Shown here: in pieces, positions 14,081-27,279 of the stretch
Layout: the number at the start of each line of letters is the position of its first letter
How positions within the stretch are numbered: position 1 is the first letter of the stretch
Assembly (NCBI GenBank): GCA_011109175.1
Contig: RDEW01000001.1
Span: 2,325,863-2,389,862 of the forward strand
DNA: 64,000 nt
Reading direction: 5' to 3'
DNA from: Dicyema japonicum
Lineage: Eukaryota > Animalia > Dicyemida
Notes under the pieces: model-generated
What the model saw: only the letters and a program-made list of their open reading frames with translations
Databases searched by the model: none
Told to the model about the DNA's origin: nothing
Translations under genes and position numbers: made by a program

Positions 14081-15930
14081 GGGAATGTTAGCTTTCACAA
14101 AAGCTTCTGCGATTAGCTTTGATGTAATTGATTATTTTCGACCTTAAACATTTTAAAATATTAACGACAAATCAATTTGGGGACAAGATTAAAGAACAGA
14201 CAATTTATTTCTGCAAGATCTATATACAAGATCTTTAAGAATTAAAGTAGTCTATCTCGGATGTCCATTTTTAAGATGTAGATTTTCAATGTATATTTTC
14301 TTTTGTTCTACTCCTTCAACAACGAACGTATGCGACAAAATCTCGGATGTTTTCAAATATAGAATGTCGGATTTGGAATCAAACAGTCGAAATAACGATG
14401 TCGTCCTCATAAAATTCCGCAAATTCTGAATCATTCCGTAGGTAAAACACTATTATTGAGAAAAGCAATAATTTAGTCGAAATAACGATGTCGTCCTCAT
14501 AAAATTCCGCAAATTCTGAATCATTCCGTAGGTAAAACACTATTATTGAGAAAAGCAATAATTTCTTTATCTCTTCGAAATTACATGTTAATCCCAACAC
14601 TTATTAAATATTATGCTTCAGTCTTACACAAAGATTTCTCCAGAGATCATCAAGGTACTTGAAGAGGATTAAACTTGAAATAGGCATGATTTTAGACTGC
14701 ATCCTATGTCCAACGGAATATACCTATGATGCAGAACTCCAGAACCAGAGGACCGGATTCCACCTCAATTATGGAACTGAGGCATCTCTAGCATTGGATA
14801 TGTTATATTTAATACGTCGATAAATACGAATAGGAAATTGGAAGAGATCTCACTTGAGACCAATTCGAAAGGCTGGCAAGGACTCGCCTTCTCTCAAATA
14901 GGGTGTCCAAAAATCCTCACTGTCATCAGCACTTCAATTTGTATATACACGACATACCAAAACCCACAGACGAAAACTGTGTCCTCCTTTCATATGCGGA
15001 CGCTGCAAGGTACTACGAAGTCGTTTCTCTAATGGTCAATAGAATGCTAAATTCCCTAACCCAATAGTTAGAAGGATACTTGAATCCCTATTACGACCAC
15101 ACCAACCACCCTGGGAATGAAGTTTGACCAAGGACTTCATTCGAAAAAACATGTTGTTAATTGGGCGACTGTGTCACTTACGGGAATGAGGATCCTGAAG
15201 ATAATCTTAAAACTCCTCGGAAAAAACGCTGGGTCCCTCTGCTGTCTATCGACCTACCCAAGTGGTAAATGGGTAATACCAGGATATCTTCCGGCACCGT
15301 TAGGAGGTTAAAGGTAGAGCAGAGTGCTCTCTTCTTAGTAACCTCAAAATTGTTGGACATGGTTTCAAGAGTGTTTTGTCACTAGACACAAGCTTTTCAA
15401 TCAGTTATCGATCCGATCATTGATGCAGATTGATTGATCGATTCGGACGGCCCTGGGTATCTTTAGTGGAATCCGTCTAGCTTTCCGATTCTCTGATAGG
15501 TGTAGCAAATGGGGTTCGATGCTCCCAGAACCCTGGAAATTATTTATTTCAACAAAATGAGATCGACATTTGTAAAACACAAGCAATCACAGTATTATTA
15601 TTAACCCAAGAACCCCAATAGTTAATTTAATTACTAAATTAAGTGATCTCGAAGTCCTCAATCAGAATTTTCATTTTCTCCTCGTGCGCCTTTTGGAATC
15701 TGACAAAACTTCTCTGTGGGCGGGGTAGTTTTGGAAATAAAAATTGGAAAGGGGTGATGTATACCCTTCTCATAAGACACGTCGTACTGTGTATTGTTGA
15801 ATCACAGTATTATTATTTAAGCAGTCACATTTGCAGAGGGATCAAACCATAATATATTTTCATAATATATTTGTTAAAAATTTTATATTTTAATTTAAAT
15901 TATTACATATTGGCGCTTATTTTGTGTTTC

Positions 15931-18829
15931 ATGTCTACTCTTAATACAAAGAATATTGATGCCTTTGTGAGAATAAGGTTTCGTTTATTATAATTAATCA
16001 CACAGGCCACTTAATTCAACAGAAACCGGTAGTTGTGTAACGTCAAATATGAGCTCACTTAAAGTCTCCCACGAATCATCAGTGAAGACATACCATTTTT
16101 CTAGAGTCTTTGATGAGAATTCTAGTCAAGAAGATATCTTTACTTCAATTGCTAAACCCACCATCAATAAAATGCTATCTGGTCACTCATGTACAATATT
16201 CACGTCATAACCATTCAATATAATTTAGATATGGCCAAACAGGTTCAGGAAAGACATTTACAATGGAAGGCATACTCGATGATGCCAAACTCTCTGGCAT
16301 TATTCCACGAGCAATGTCATTATTACTGAGTAGTACGAACAGATATGTTGTCATCGAGAATTATTAGAACGTACTTTCTATTAAAGTTTCTTTCATGCAA
16401 ATTTACAATGAAGAACTATTTGACCTGTTTGCCAATAATAACAAGCTCACTCTTTTTGAGGATCACAAAGTTAATATTATTTATAATCTTAGGGAAATGT
16501 CATCACCAGGGGACTCAAAGAATTTGATGTCAAAAATGAGAGTGATTTCCGCTCTTTACTGCATCGAGGGATATCCAACAGACGTGACAATGAGGTTGTA
16601 GAGTATCACTACTTTGTAGGCTCTGTCTATATTTAATGTGACCGTAATTAGGAGGGATGATAAATTGAATAAGAAAATGGTTGGAAAACTGTATTGTGTG
16701 GATTTGGTTGGGTCTGATAATAGTACAAGAAATAAACAGAACAATGGTAATTTTTGTTATGACTGCAGAGAGGATTAATCAGACTTTACTGGCATTGGGG
16801 AAAGTCATCAATTTATTGGCAAAGGGGGATATGAATACACCTTACAGGTTAGGACTTTTAGTTATTTAAGGGATAGCAAACTGACGAGAGTATTAAAGGA
16901 TTCTTTGGATGGTTCCTCACAAACCATAATCATAGCTACAATATCCCCATCGGTCTCGTGTGTTTTACAGACTCTGTCGACTCTGTCCTATGCATGTAAA
17001 GCTGTAATGGTATCAACAAACTCAATATCAAATCAGACCGACATAATAAAAGTGAATGTAAAACTCACAGTAGGAGTACAAAGAGACTATTTACATACTA
17101 AAAGTTAATATATTGGCGACAAAGGAAAGAATTGGAATAGAATTGACTCCTCAACTGCTTAGGTTTTAGTTGTGGTTATTAAGTGAACTTGATGATAATC
17201 TTGTATCTACAAAGAAAACTATAAACGAATTGACTAGTCAACTTTTATATTTAAACAAATCCGCAATGGAACATGAATGTAAAGCTGACAAAGAACGTAT
17301 TATTTTCGAAAAAGTCCAGCATAAATTAGATCATGTTTTATCAGTTAATGAACAACTCACAAAGATTTGTGATGTGTTTGTGGGTAAATTAGAGTTGGCT
17401 GAGTCTAATATAATTAAATTTACATATTCTAACATGTCTGATGAAGACATTCTCAGAGAGTCATTAGAAAGGGTTAGTTTATAATTATTGTAGATTTACA
17501 ATGATATTCTGTTTATGTATGACACTGTTACAAATATATTTATGGATATTCAGAATAAATCATGTGCTCATGAAAAAATGATTAATAGTAATAGGACTAC
17601 ATTGTTTGTGAACAAAATACAAGAATTAATGGATAATTTTAGTAAATTGCGTGTTATATGTAAACCTGTCATAACAGGTGAGGATTGTATATATTTAGAA
17701 TTACCCCCAACGTTTAATAGTGGGGAGGTAGTCAATGTTGTCAATAAAGGCATTGATTCTTCTATTACACTCATTGAGAATCAGGCTGAGGCAATAAAGT
17801 CAACTTTCAATATGGATAATGTAGTCTTCACATATATATTTAGATTGGTGATTTTGATGATAAATCAGATATTAAGGATATATTTGTTCGTAATATGAAT
17901 GATAGGGATGAAAAGCTACGACATTATTTGGATTACAATTATAATGTAATGATTGTGAATATTGTAGAAACATTACAACAATTATATTGATAATATGCAC
18001 AGATTGAATGAGACAGATAAATGTAGGACTGAAATGATGAAATTATTCAAACAAGACTGTGATTTGTATAGGATGAAACTAAATCAAGATGAAACTATAA
18101 TAAATAATTTGGTGGAATCTTTTAATAAATTACGTAATGTATATTCATAATTAACTATTAGTATGCAACAAATACTAATGTGACGGTTAATAGTCAGGTT
18201 ATTATTGTATGTATATTATTAGTGGTTTGTGGATGCGAATATTATTAATGGAATATCTGATAAACTATTCTCTATTATGAAACAGTAATATTGTAATTAT
18301 TGTAGTTCTATTGATATATGCGAAGACTATAATAAGGAGAATATTAATAACCCCATAGAAGTTGTTAATATTATTGATAGTGTTGGCCGTCTGCTGAATG
18401 AGGTTCGATTGTGTGTTATCTTTAGCAACAAATGTATAAGACTGAGTTTTTCAAGAGAATAAACTCGAGATTGAAAGAACTAGAGAAATTTGGTGATTAT
18501 TTCAAAGAATTGACCAAAAACATGAATGATAATATTCAATCATATGTGTCTAAACGTAAAGACGCTATAGTAGAAAATGCATCTTTTCATAATACTAGTG
18601 AGTATGACTCTTTGAAGGATATATCTATTGATTATGCAAAATCTGTTGCGAATGTTAAATCACTCACTCAATTAATGGACTTTCATAAAAACTTTTTAAA
18701 CTCTGCAAGGTCATTTCTAACTGTTTTTAAAGAGAAAATAAATAATATATCTCTGGAGGATGATGGTTGACGTATTTTATTATTATAGTTTCACATGAGA
18801 GTGAAAACATTACTGATGAAATTCTTTAA
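15931..18829 (+). CDS. Divergent kinesin-5 (BimC/KIF11)-like protein, multi-exon, with long coiled-coil stalk
   Basis: Spliced reconstruction: MSTLNTKNIDAFVRIR|PLN...CTIFT|YGQTGSGKTFTMEG...VSFMQIYNEELFDL...DLVGSD...PYR|DSKLTRVLKDSLDG...TLSTLSYA; GT-AG introns such as 15978-16005 (28 nt) and 16204-16228 (25 nt). Stalk exons and the 3' end are less certain. Confidence 0.85.
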
Positions 18830-19959
18830 TAGTTTTGGTTTACTATTGTGTTTATTATAATAATTCATTGCTAAATCAAAAGTCATGTTTATTTATTGGT
18901 CATATTAATGATTTTTATAAATATAATTATTAGAGTCGAACTTCACAAATTGGCCAATCTTTAAATTGTCCACATTTTGAGAAAAATGATTATTTCCTTG
19001 TTAATTGGCCAAATTTAATTTAATTTTTAATACAAATTAAATAAATTAAAACTTTTATTAATTCATGTTTTTGAATGCTTCTCGTGGACGCTATACTCGC
19101 CTTACTTTTAATGGAAAAAGTAAAATTGTAAATTATTAACAAAAAAATGAAACTATTTCGTGCTGAAGTTTGCTGATAGATTCTTGCATTGAAAAAAGAT
19201 ATCTAGAAAAACAATAAATAATTTTTTTTGTAAAAAACATTTTTGAAAGATTTAAAAAATATCAACTGTAATTAAAGCTGCACATAAACCAAAATTTCTT
19301 ATGCTTTAAGAAAAGTTGGTAGAATGGATGGAGGTAGTAGATCTAAAGGTATTTTTGAAAAATCAATTTTGTGATTGCTTTAATATCCATCAAGGCAGCA
19401 TTTTTTTACTAAAATTGACAATTCTTTAGAAGAATCAAAAAATAGTAAACAAGAATCGGAAAAAAGGCAAAAATATATTGTAGTTAGATTAACTGCGATA
19501 GTGGGTACTCTTAGCCAAGTTGAGTTAGTTCTCTAATTTCTTTTATCGAAGAAAATACAGTTTGGAAATAAATTTTATTTTAGTAAAACTTAAATAAGTT
19601 TTTTGTTTATCTAATGCATCTAAAAATTCTTTGTTCATTTTTCTCGAAATTATTGATTTTATTTTTTTCATTTGGCCACAAAATTCAAAGAAACTAAAAA
19701 TTGCCAANATTTGGCCACAAAATTCTAAGAAACTAAAAATTGTCAATTAGGGAGGGTCGAATGTATTTAATCTATTTTATTAATTTTTAATATACATTAT
19801 TAAGTCTTATAGGTATATTTCGTTTTCTAGATCATATTTTATGTATTATTTTTTATAAAGTTATTTGTCACATGCTATTACGGTTACAATAAAATAAACG
19901 TTACAGTACTTGATCTCTTTATTTTTTAAAATTTATTAACCCAATTAAAGACAAAAATT

Positions 19960-20070
19960 AACAGTTAGCAATTACTGGCTACTCTTATAATCGAGAACGC
20001 AATGAAATACGCTCGCTCAATTAGTCAACTCAGCGGTGAACGATCCGATTCTGTTTAACAAGGTCATTGA
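19960..20070 (+). pseudogene. Possible degenerate 5.8S rRNA-like fragment
   Basis: TGGCTACTC..ATCG-AGAACGCAATGAAATACG...CAGCGGTGAACGATCCGATTCT resembles the 5.8S core in order and spacing; no flanking 18S or 28S. Confidence 0.3.
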
Positions 20071-20299
20071 ACTTAATTATCTTTATTAATAATACAAAAT
20101 AAAATAAATATTTAATTCAGTGTCCCTTATGACCTTATTTACCGTTATGACATGCGAGATTATATATATTATTTAACTGTTAAATATATATCACCAGGAA
20201 AATCTATCAGACGGATATATCTAGGAATTTCAAACTCTGGCTAATGAATTTCTATTATGGACGAAGAAAACGGGTATGTTTGGAAAACCTCGGTCGAGC

Positions 20300-20780
20300 T
20301 CCCGTTTAATTCCAAATGGAATACCCCAAGGATCTTCTCTATCCCCTACTTACTCTTCAACCTTTTCTTGAATGATATTTCAACTCCGGAGCATGAGGAT
20401 GGCCTTTTACTGGCTTATGCAGATGATATTGTTATTGCATCCAGGGACCAAGACATTCAAGTCGCCTCGGAGAGATTACAATTACTTTTAAACTGCTTAA
20501 TCTACTGGTTAAATGAAAACAATCTGTCGATCAGCTCGGAAAAATCGGTTACATCTCTCCTTACCTCTGATAGGAGAATATCCAACAGGACAGTGGATAT
20601 AGAAGCAGATGGAAGCAAGTTGCCATTCCAAAAATGGCAGAAGATTCTGGGAGTAGTATTCGACACCCATATGACATTTTCGCGGCACGTGGGAAATGTT
20701 TTAAACAAATGTGGAAAAAAAACAACCTCTCGAAGGGGATCTTCGGTTTATAGAAGATCAAAAGTCATCCAGTTCTGAAA
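20300..20780 (+). mobile_element. Jockey-like LINE RT fragment
   Basis: LFNLFLNDI...LLAYADDIVIAS...KILGVVFDTHMTFSRHV. Confidence 0.8.
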
Positions 20781-21469
20781 TCACTATATAGCTACTACGT
20801 CGAGCTCAAAAGTCATCCCGTTTTGAAATCACTATACAGCCAGTACGTCGAGCCATGCATATAATACGCATTTGCATCATGGGGCCCCTCAATTTCTTGG
20901 ACGAATGCCCAGAGAATTGCGGCAACCAAAAAAGAGCGTTTTCCGCGATAGAAAATCGGATCGAAGACGATCTAAATTCTATACCTACCCCCTTGGAAGA
21001 CCTAACAAGAAGAAAAAGAGGCCAAACTAAACAATGCCAGAGGATCACTCGTCCAATGCGTGCTTGTGTTGGATCGAGAAAAGATCACCGGGCCAAGCTG
21101 AGAGTCTTATTGAAATTCGCCAGGATCACATCATTTTTTGTTTTTGTCTTTAACTGTGGTTTTTGGAAATAAATTTCAATTTCAATCCAAGTTGTCTCAT
21201 CTTTTCAGATTTTCAGTAGGTTTGGCTCTCTCGCTGACTACGTGGTTGAACACTTTTTCATTGTTCTTTTTTTCTGGTTGTTTGCTAACGTGTTATGATG
21301 TGATCCACCAATATTAGTTTGCTTACAATTTCCTGTTGAAATAAAATATTATTTGACTTTCTCCACCACATTATTAACAAGTTATAAAAAATAAAAAAGT
21401 GTACCAAAAAATCAAATGAAAAATTATATACCTTAAATATGAATATTGTCTTAGACTTATTAAAAATCC

Positions 21470-21900
21470 TTAAAGGATCTTGGATGGTTGAGGCTGATGT
21501 CTCTTGCATAGCTCTGTAATATTTGGCCTTGTCCTTGTCCTTGACAGGAATAAACGCAGGGCTTCTTCCACATACACTAGGTTCGCGCATTTTTTATGCT
21601 TTATATTTGTTAATTCAGAAAATTTATTTTCACAGAGATAATTCGTTGAAAGCTGGACCAAAACTCTTAAATCCTTGTGTGTCAGAATAGGATATTATTT
21701 TTTTGACAGCTAAACGAATCAATATCAAGCTTTAAATATTTCATGAACATTTGAATTACCTTCCACGTCCATCTCTTCGACAGATTGAAAAGAAACATAA
21801 ATCGAAATTACTTTATTAAAATAAAATAAAAATTTTGTATTTTTTGGTGTTAATGTTTTTATCCCTGAAACGCCTCGCATTTTTGAATGGTGTTTCATTA
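21470..21900 (-). mobile_element. hAT transposase C-terminal dimerisation-domain remnant
   Basis: STNYLCENKFSELTNIKHK...LRLFLS...PNITELCKRHQPQPS. Confidence 0.65.
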
Positions 21901-22329
21901 GTTGAAGCATGATTTGTTGTGTTGTACGTAACAGTTATTTTATTTAAGAATTGTTTCCATTTCTTAGTAGCATTTTCTGTCATAATTTTATAGATTTCTT
22001 TTTGACTTTGGATGATTTGGCCTCACTAAAATATGTGTAATTTTATTCTCTAAACAAAAATTCCAATTTTCTTTAATTCTGCTTTATTATCCGTTTAAAA
22101 AATCTGCAAAATCGGACTTGATAGCAGATTTCGGAAAAGTGCATTATAAACTTCTAAATTTTTATAACTCTAACGATTTGCGCAGATTTATTTGTCATTT
22201 CTTGGCATATTTACTGTAAATATCAATTACAGTTAACATCCANAAATTTTTATAACTCTAACGATTTGCGCAGATTTATTTGTCATTTCTTGGCATATTT
22301 AAAATTTCTTGGTAAATATCAATTACAGT

Positions 22330-22870
22330 TAACATCCACGTGTAGTCTCCCTTTGAAGTACTCAAAATTATGACATCGATAGAGTCCACTTGAAATCGTC
22401 CATTTGGCCTATAAGCAATCACATGATGTTTTAAGTCAGAAATCTATTTTATTAATTTCATACTTTTAGAGGAATGGAAAACCTGCATACTGAACAATCT
22501 TTTAGCTTCCATAACATTCTTTGATTGCCACATATGAGTGTGAACACTGAATAATTTTTTGAGAAAAAAATAAAATTTAAATGACTTGTAAAATTATCAC
22601 CAATAAGGCATCATCCAAAAGTCATTTTATCCATGAGAAATTTTTTTATTAATTCCGGGATCACCAAGAAAGACAAATGTAATGTCAAGTAGTTAGGTGA
22701 TCCCAGTTCCCACAACCAAACGTGCCATCCGAAATTTGTGCGTCTCCATTGTTTCCACTGTCGAACGGAAATGCCTTCTTTGATCTTTGCAGAGAAAGCC
22801 GATTTAGGAAGGAAATTTTTTAGCCAACCGATTTTCTTTTGCGTGACACGGATATATCACAAACAACTTT
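22330..22870 (-). mobile_element. pogo/Tigger-like transposase remnant
   Basis: GWLKNFL and LLDDA-like fragments on the minus strand; heavily decayed. Confidence 0.45.
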
Positions 22871-23060
22871 TTGATTACGAATTCTGAGGCAGTACCGGTA
22901 GAAAATAAACGTTCCCGTACCAGCAACTGCTCCTCCTTCCATAAAATATCCACGGAATTGTATCCCTTTAGTATATTACTCTTTACTTTCTTTAGTTTCG
23001 TCTCATTGATCACCGAGATGTCGATTTTGGGAACTGCCACAACTAATACTAGTTCATTAT
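22870..23060 (-). mobile_element. LINE APE endonuclease fragment
   Basis: KIDISVINETKLK...ILKGYNSV. Confidence 0.5.
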
Positions 23061-24116
23061 GCCTTTTCCCTGAGAATCAGGCATTCACTACCACTATTTT
23101 TAAACCTCCTCCAAGCATTTAGGTCACCTCTTCTTCAAAGTCAAGATCACCGATTGATGTGCCAACGAGGACTTATAATCAATCGATTTTGTTAAAGAAA
23201 ACATTATAAAGTATGATTGTCGAGCATAAGCATGAAGTCAAGAATCCAATTGAGGAAATCCTTTGCGCGTAAAGCGACTGGAAGAGTGGCCAACTCATTA
23301 CACTGGTGAAGTGGTGAACTCGCAGTCCGAGGATAAAGTGTAGTCAGGTGGATGGATGGTGAAGGTCCTCATAAAAGAAGGATACGTTAGTCTACTACTC
23401 TCAAATTTTTAGTTGTAAAAATAACTTTAATTTTACTCATTAATAAACTTTTCCTTAAAAGTGGCTGATTTTGTTGAAATTCATCCATTTTGATAAGGCA
23501 AACGTAGGTGTATTAATCGCTACCATAATTACTGCTCGCTAAGTGAAACGATAAATTAGCGGGGGAATAAAGGCCTTTCCACTGGAAGTTGCGGCTGTGA
23601 GTAGAGCGAACTGCTCCGTTTGTCCTTAATAAGATTATAGCTAATCCTGCTCTACTAAACGGACTATCCAAAGTTATCTCGACATCTGAAACAATCGTGA
23701 CCCGATCCACCAAAATTGGATTTATTTTTGGGGTCTTGGAATCGACTAGTCCTAATAGCCTCCGATTTCACACGTGTTAATGAATTTAGTGACTCCTTCA
23801 TTTTAAGCGATAAAATAAATTGGTTGATTCCAAATAATATTCTCTAAGAATTTGGAAGACGTCGATTAGCTCCCCCACCTATCAATGATCAATTAGTTTA
23901 ACCTGACCTTTTTGTGTTCCTTTGATTAAATTATATTATCTGAGCATTGGGGGACGTCGATAGATCCCCACGTGACAAATTAGCTAACTCTACTTTTGTG
24001 TAAGATTAAATAATATTAGCTGCACTTTGTCGTATTGATTGTTATAATCTCATCGATTGGCGAATAAATATAAATAACAGATCGTAAAATCATTATATTA
24101 TCCCAACAGCTCTCCA

Positions 24117-24680
24117 ATGAAAAGTGAATGTAACTCTTAAATTGTAGCCGTTCTCTCTGTCTGTTTCTTTCTTATTGCAATCAGCAACTATGTTCTCCAC
24201 ATTCTAGAATTTGCCGTGGGTTTTTTGGAGTATGTTTATTTTTAAAGGTAACGTGATGTACAGTCAGTGTCCCAGACAGCCTAGGCTTACAATTTATTTG
24301 ATCGTTTCCGCTGTTTTGGGGTGGGTTTTCTGGCTTTACATACTTGCTGATGGGGGATATGAATTCGCCAAAAGACTGACTGCGAAATCAAAGAAAAATT
24401 CATTTCGGGGAATTGTCATGATCGCAATACTGATGACAATATTCATTTGGCTCATTTTTGGTATCTCTTGGCATCACCCTCAGGGAACTCTTGGATACTA
24501 TCGATAAAACACGACTACGAACTCACCACTGGACAAATAATAGACGGGGTACCCTTAAATCCACGATACTGTTCCCAAGAACTTTACAGGTTTGCTCACG
24601 ACACTATAATCGCTGAATGGGTTTACATGGCACTCACTACGGTTGTCATGGTTTCCCTGGGATTCGCTTATCTCTGTTAA
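24117..24680 (+). CDS. TMEM272-like multi-pass membrane protein (4 exons)
   Basis: Spliced: ...LEFAV|GNVMYSQCPRQPRLTIYLIVSAVLG...FIWLIF|GNSWILSI...YCSQELYRFA...LC*; CPxQP, FGNxW and YC motifs of the TMEM272 family; three short GT-AG introns. Confidence 0.75.
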
Positions 24681-25207
24681 TTACTAATATAGCCTAATCA
24701 CTAACTCTTGTGTATAAATCGATTCTTAATTGAGAGCAATTAAATCTATTGACGATAATGTCAAGTTACTAGAGAATAATCAGCTGTTTTGGGCTGGGAG
24801 ATAGATTTAGTCGTTATGTGTAGAAAACAGAACTACCCCTGATCTCTTTAAGCGAAGGAAAAAGGTGGTTAACGGGAAAGTAACTGTTCAAGGCGAAGAC
24901 TCCCAGTTGTTTTCATGTGGGTCACCCGATCGTGGAGAAACTGTATACATTTACAACCAATAGAAAGAACTGTCTCTCTTAAGAGCATAGCTACCTTTAT
25001 CTTGGTCAGATTTTCTTTCCTTGAGCCAGCAAAAGGCCGTATTGGCCTTAGAATTTGATGATCCTTGTTAGACAACCGCACTTTTTAGATCTTACAAATT
25101 AAGGATTTTGGGAGTATCATTCCTTTTCGACGTTTATCACTATTCATTGTTGACTAATCGTAACGACTATTTTCCACCTAAATTCGATTTTTCGCTTAAT
25201 CTTAATA

Positions 25208-26989
25208 CAGTCCGACCCCGCCCCCAGCCAAACCCCACCCTCGGATTTTGGGCCACCCTCGCTTTTTGGGGCACTTTGTGAATCATGCCTTTTTTAAGTA
25301 TTAATTTCCAAATTTGGAAATTTTTAAAATCCCCTACTTAAGGAAAATAATTTTTTTTGTTAATAAAAAAATACAAGATTAATAATAATACTAAATTGAA
25401 GATTGTAATGGATTTGGCTTCGAAAAGATCATCTGAGAGGCAAATAATCAATAAATACAAGTCCCGATGATTCGGTCGCAACAGGAGTAAATCGGTAGCG
25501 ATCCCCGAAACAAAAATATTTCTTGATTTTAGGTTCTACGCAGTCGAAGCAGCTGCTCCAGGTGTCTGAACCGATTTGAAAATATTCGTGCTTGAGAACG
25601 TGTCTACACAAGTTGCGTCCCAAACCAAAGATCTTCCAGACGTGAAGGAAAAAAGGGTCAAATTATGCAATTTTAGGTACTGTATCTAGAATTAAGAAAA
25701 ATATTTGTATTTTTTTCAAAATGGATTTGTTCATTCTAACGAAAACAATATTAATGATCGAAATCCTGAAATAAAAAAATATTTCAGTAGAGAAATCACA
25801 GAAACTAGATAAATTAGTGTACGAAGCGTTTATGAAATGCAGGGAGCAATATATTTCCATTTCTGGAACATTATTGAAGAATATTGCTTTATTAATTTCT
25901 CGAAGAATTATCAGACTCACAGAAACTAGATAAATTAGTGTACGAAGCGTTTATGAAATGCAGGGAGCAATATATTTCCATTTCTGGAACATTATTGAAG
26001 AATATTGCTTTATTAATTTCTCGAAGAATTATCAGACGTTTAAAGCATCAAATGGATGGTTAGATAGATTCAAAAAAGACACGAATTGATATTTAAATCT
26101 ATAAATGGAGGGAAAAATTCATCTGAAACTTCACAATTACCGTTTTTTGCTGAATATGATGATTCTGTAAAATGCTTAGGAGAAAGTAACATTTTCAATT
26201 GCGATGAAACATCATGTGTTAAAAGATACCCATCAAAACCATGGTGGGAATAAATGATAACTGTAATGGAATAAAAAATAATAGAGTCAGCATTCTTCCT
26301 TGTTGCAGTGCGCTTGGGGAGAAGTTAAAACCTTTGCTAATAGGAAAGTTTAAATCTCCTCCATTTTTTAAAAATTTCAATACTGAGGACCATGGAGTGA
26401 TGTATGCAGCATCAAAAAATTCTCGGATGACTTTAGACATTTTTAATGTGTGGCTGTGACAGCTGAAAGAAAAAATGATTTGTCAAAATAGAAAAATATT
26501 GTTAATCCTAGACAATGCAACATGTGATAAAAATTTTTCTTTTTCGAATGTTAAAATATTTTCTCTGCCAAAGAATACTACGTCACTTGCACAGCCATTA
26601 TACATGGGAATAATAAAGGCACTTAAATCAAGATATTTTAACAATTTGATATCTTTTACTCTTGTGTCCGAAGACGAAGAACTTATTCTTCCAAAACTAA
26701 ATGAAATCAATCTGAGACATGTAATAACAATCAAATTTTTAAATGAATAAATTAAAAAAAGGTATTCATAAATTTATGCCACAAACTCTAAAAGAATATT
26801 AGAGTTTTGTAATATTTTATCTGAAGATTAAAAAAACAAAGAATGTAGAAAAAAAATAACGGATTATTTTTTTAATAAAAACTTGTTTATTCATTATTAA
26901 TTTTGATATTAAGCAAATTATTTTTACTTCTGGATTTTGAGGCACCCTCAGTTTTTGGGGCACTTATGCTCCAGAGCGGGGTCATACTG
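25208..26989 (+). mobile_element. pogo/Tigger (DDE_1) DNA transposon, near full length but inactivated
   Basis: Imperfect TIRs CAGTccGACCCCGC (25208) and GCGGGGTCatACTG (ending 26989), TA on both sides; FKASNGWLDRFKKRH, NCDET, KILLILDNA and LPKNTTSLAQP motifs with stops and frameshifts. Confidence 0.85.
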
Positions 26990-27279
26990 TATATGCTTTG
27001 ATTCCAAAATGGATTAGGGTTTATTGTCGAGAACTCCGAGTAAATTGAGAATTCCCTCAATATCTCGAGACATATTTTCGAACAGTAACTTTTTATTCGG
27101 TGATCTCGATTTTGTGTAGCGATGAGCAAACTTATGTCACACGTAACCCTCAAACCTATTAACATTGAGATCCCTCCACACCGAATTGCCATTCGGTTGT
27201 CCTCAATGAAATGAAAAAAAATCCAAAGACCACGGTAATACCAAATTAACTAATCACGTGATGTTCCCGGCACGCTCCA

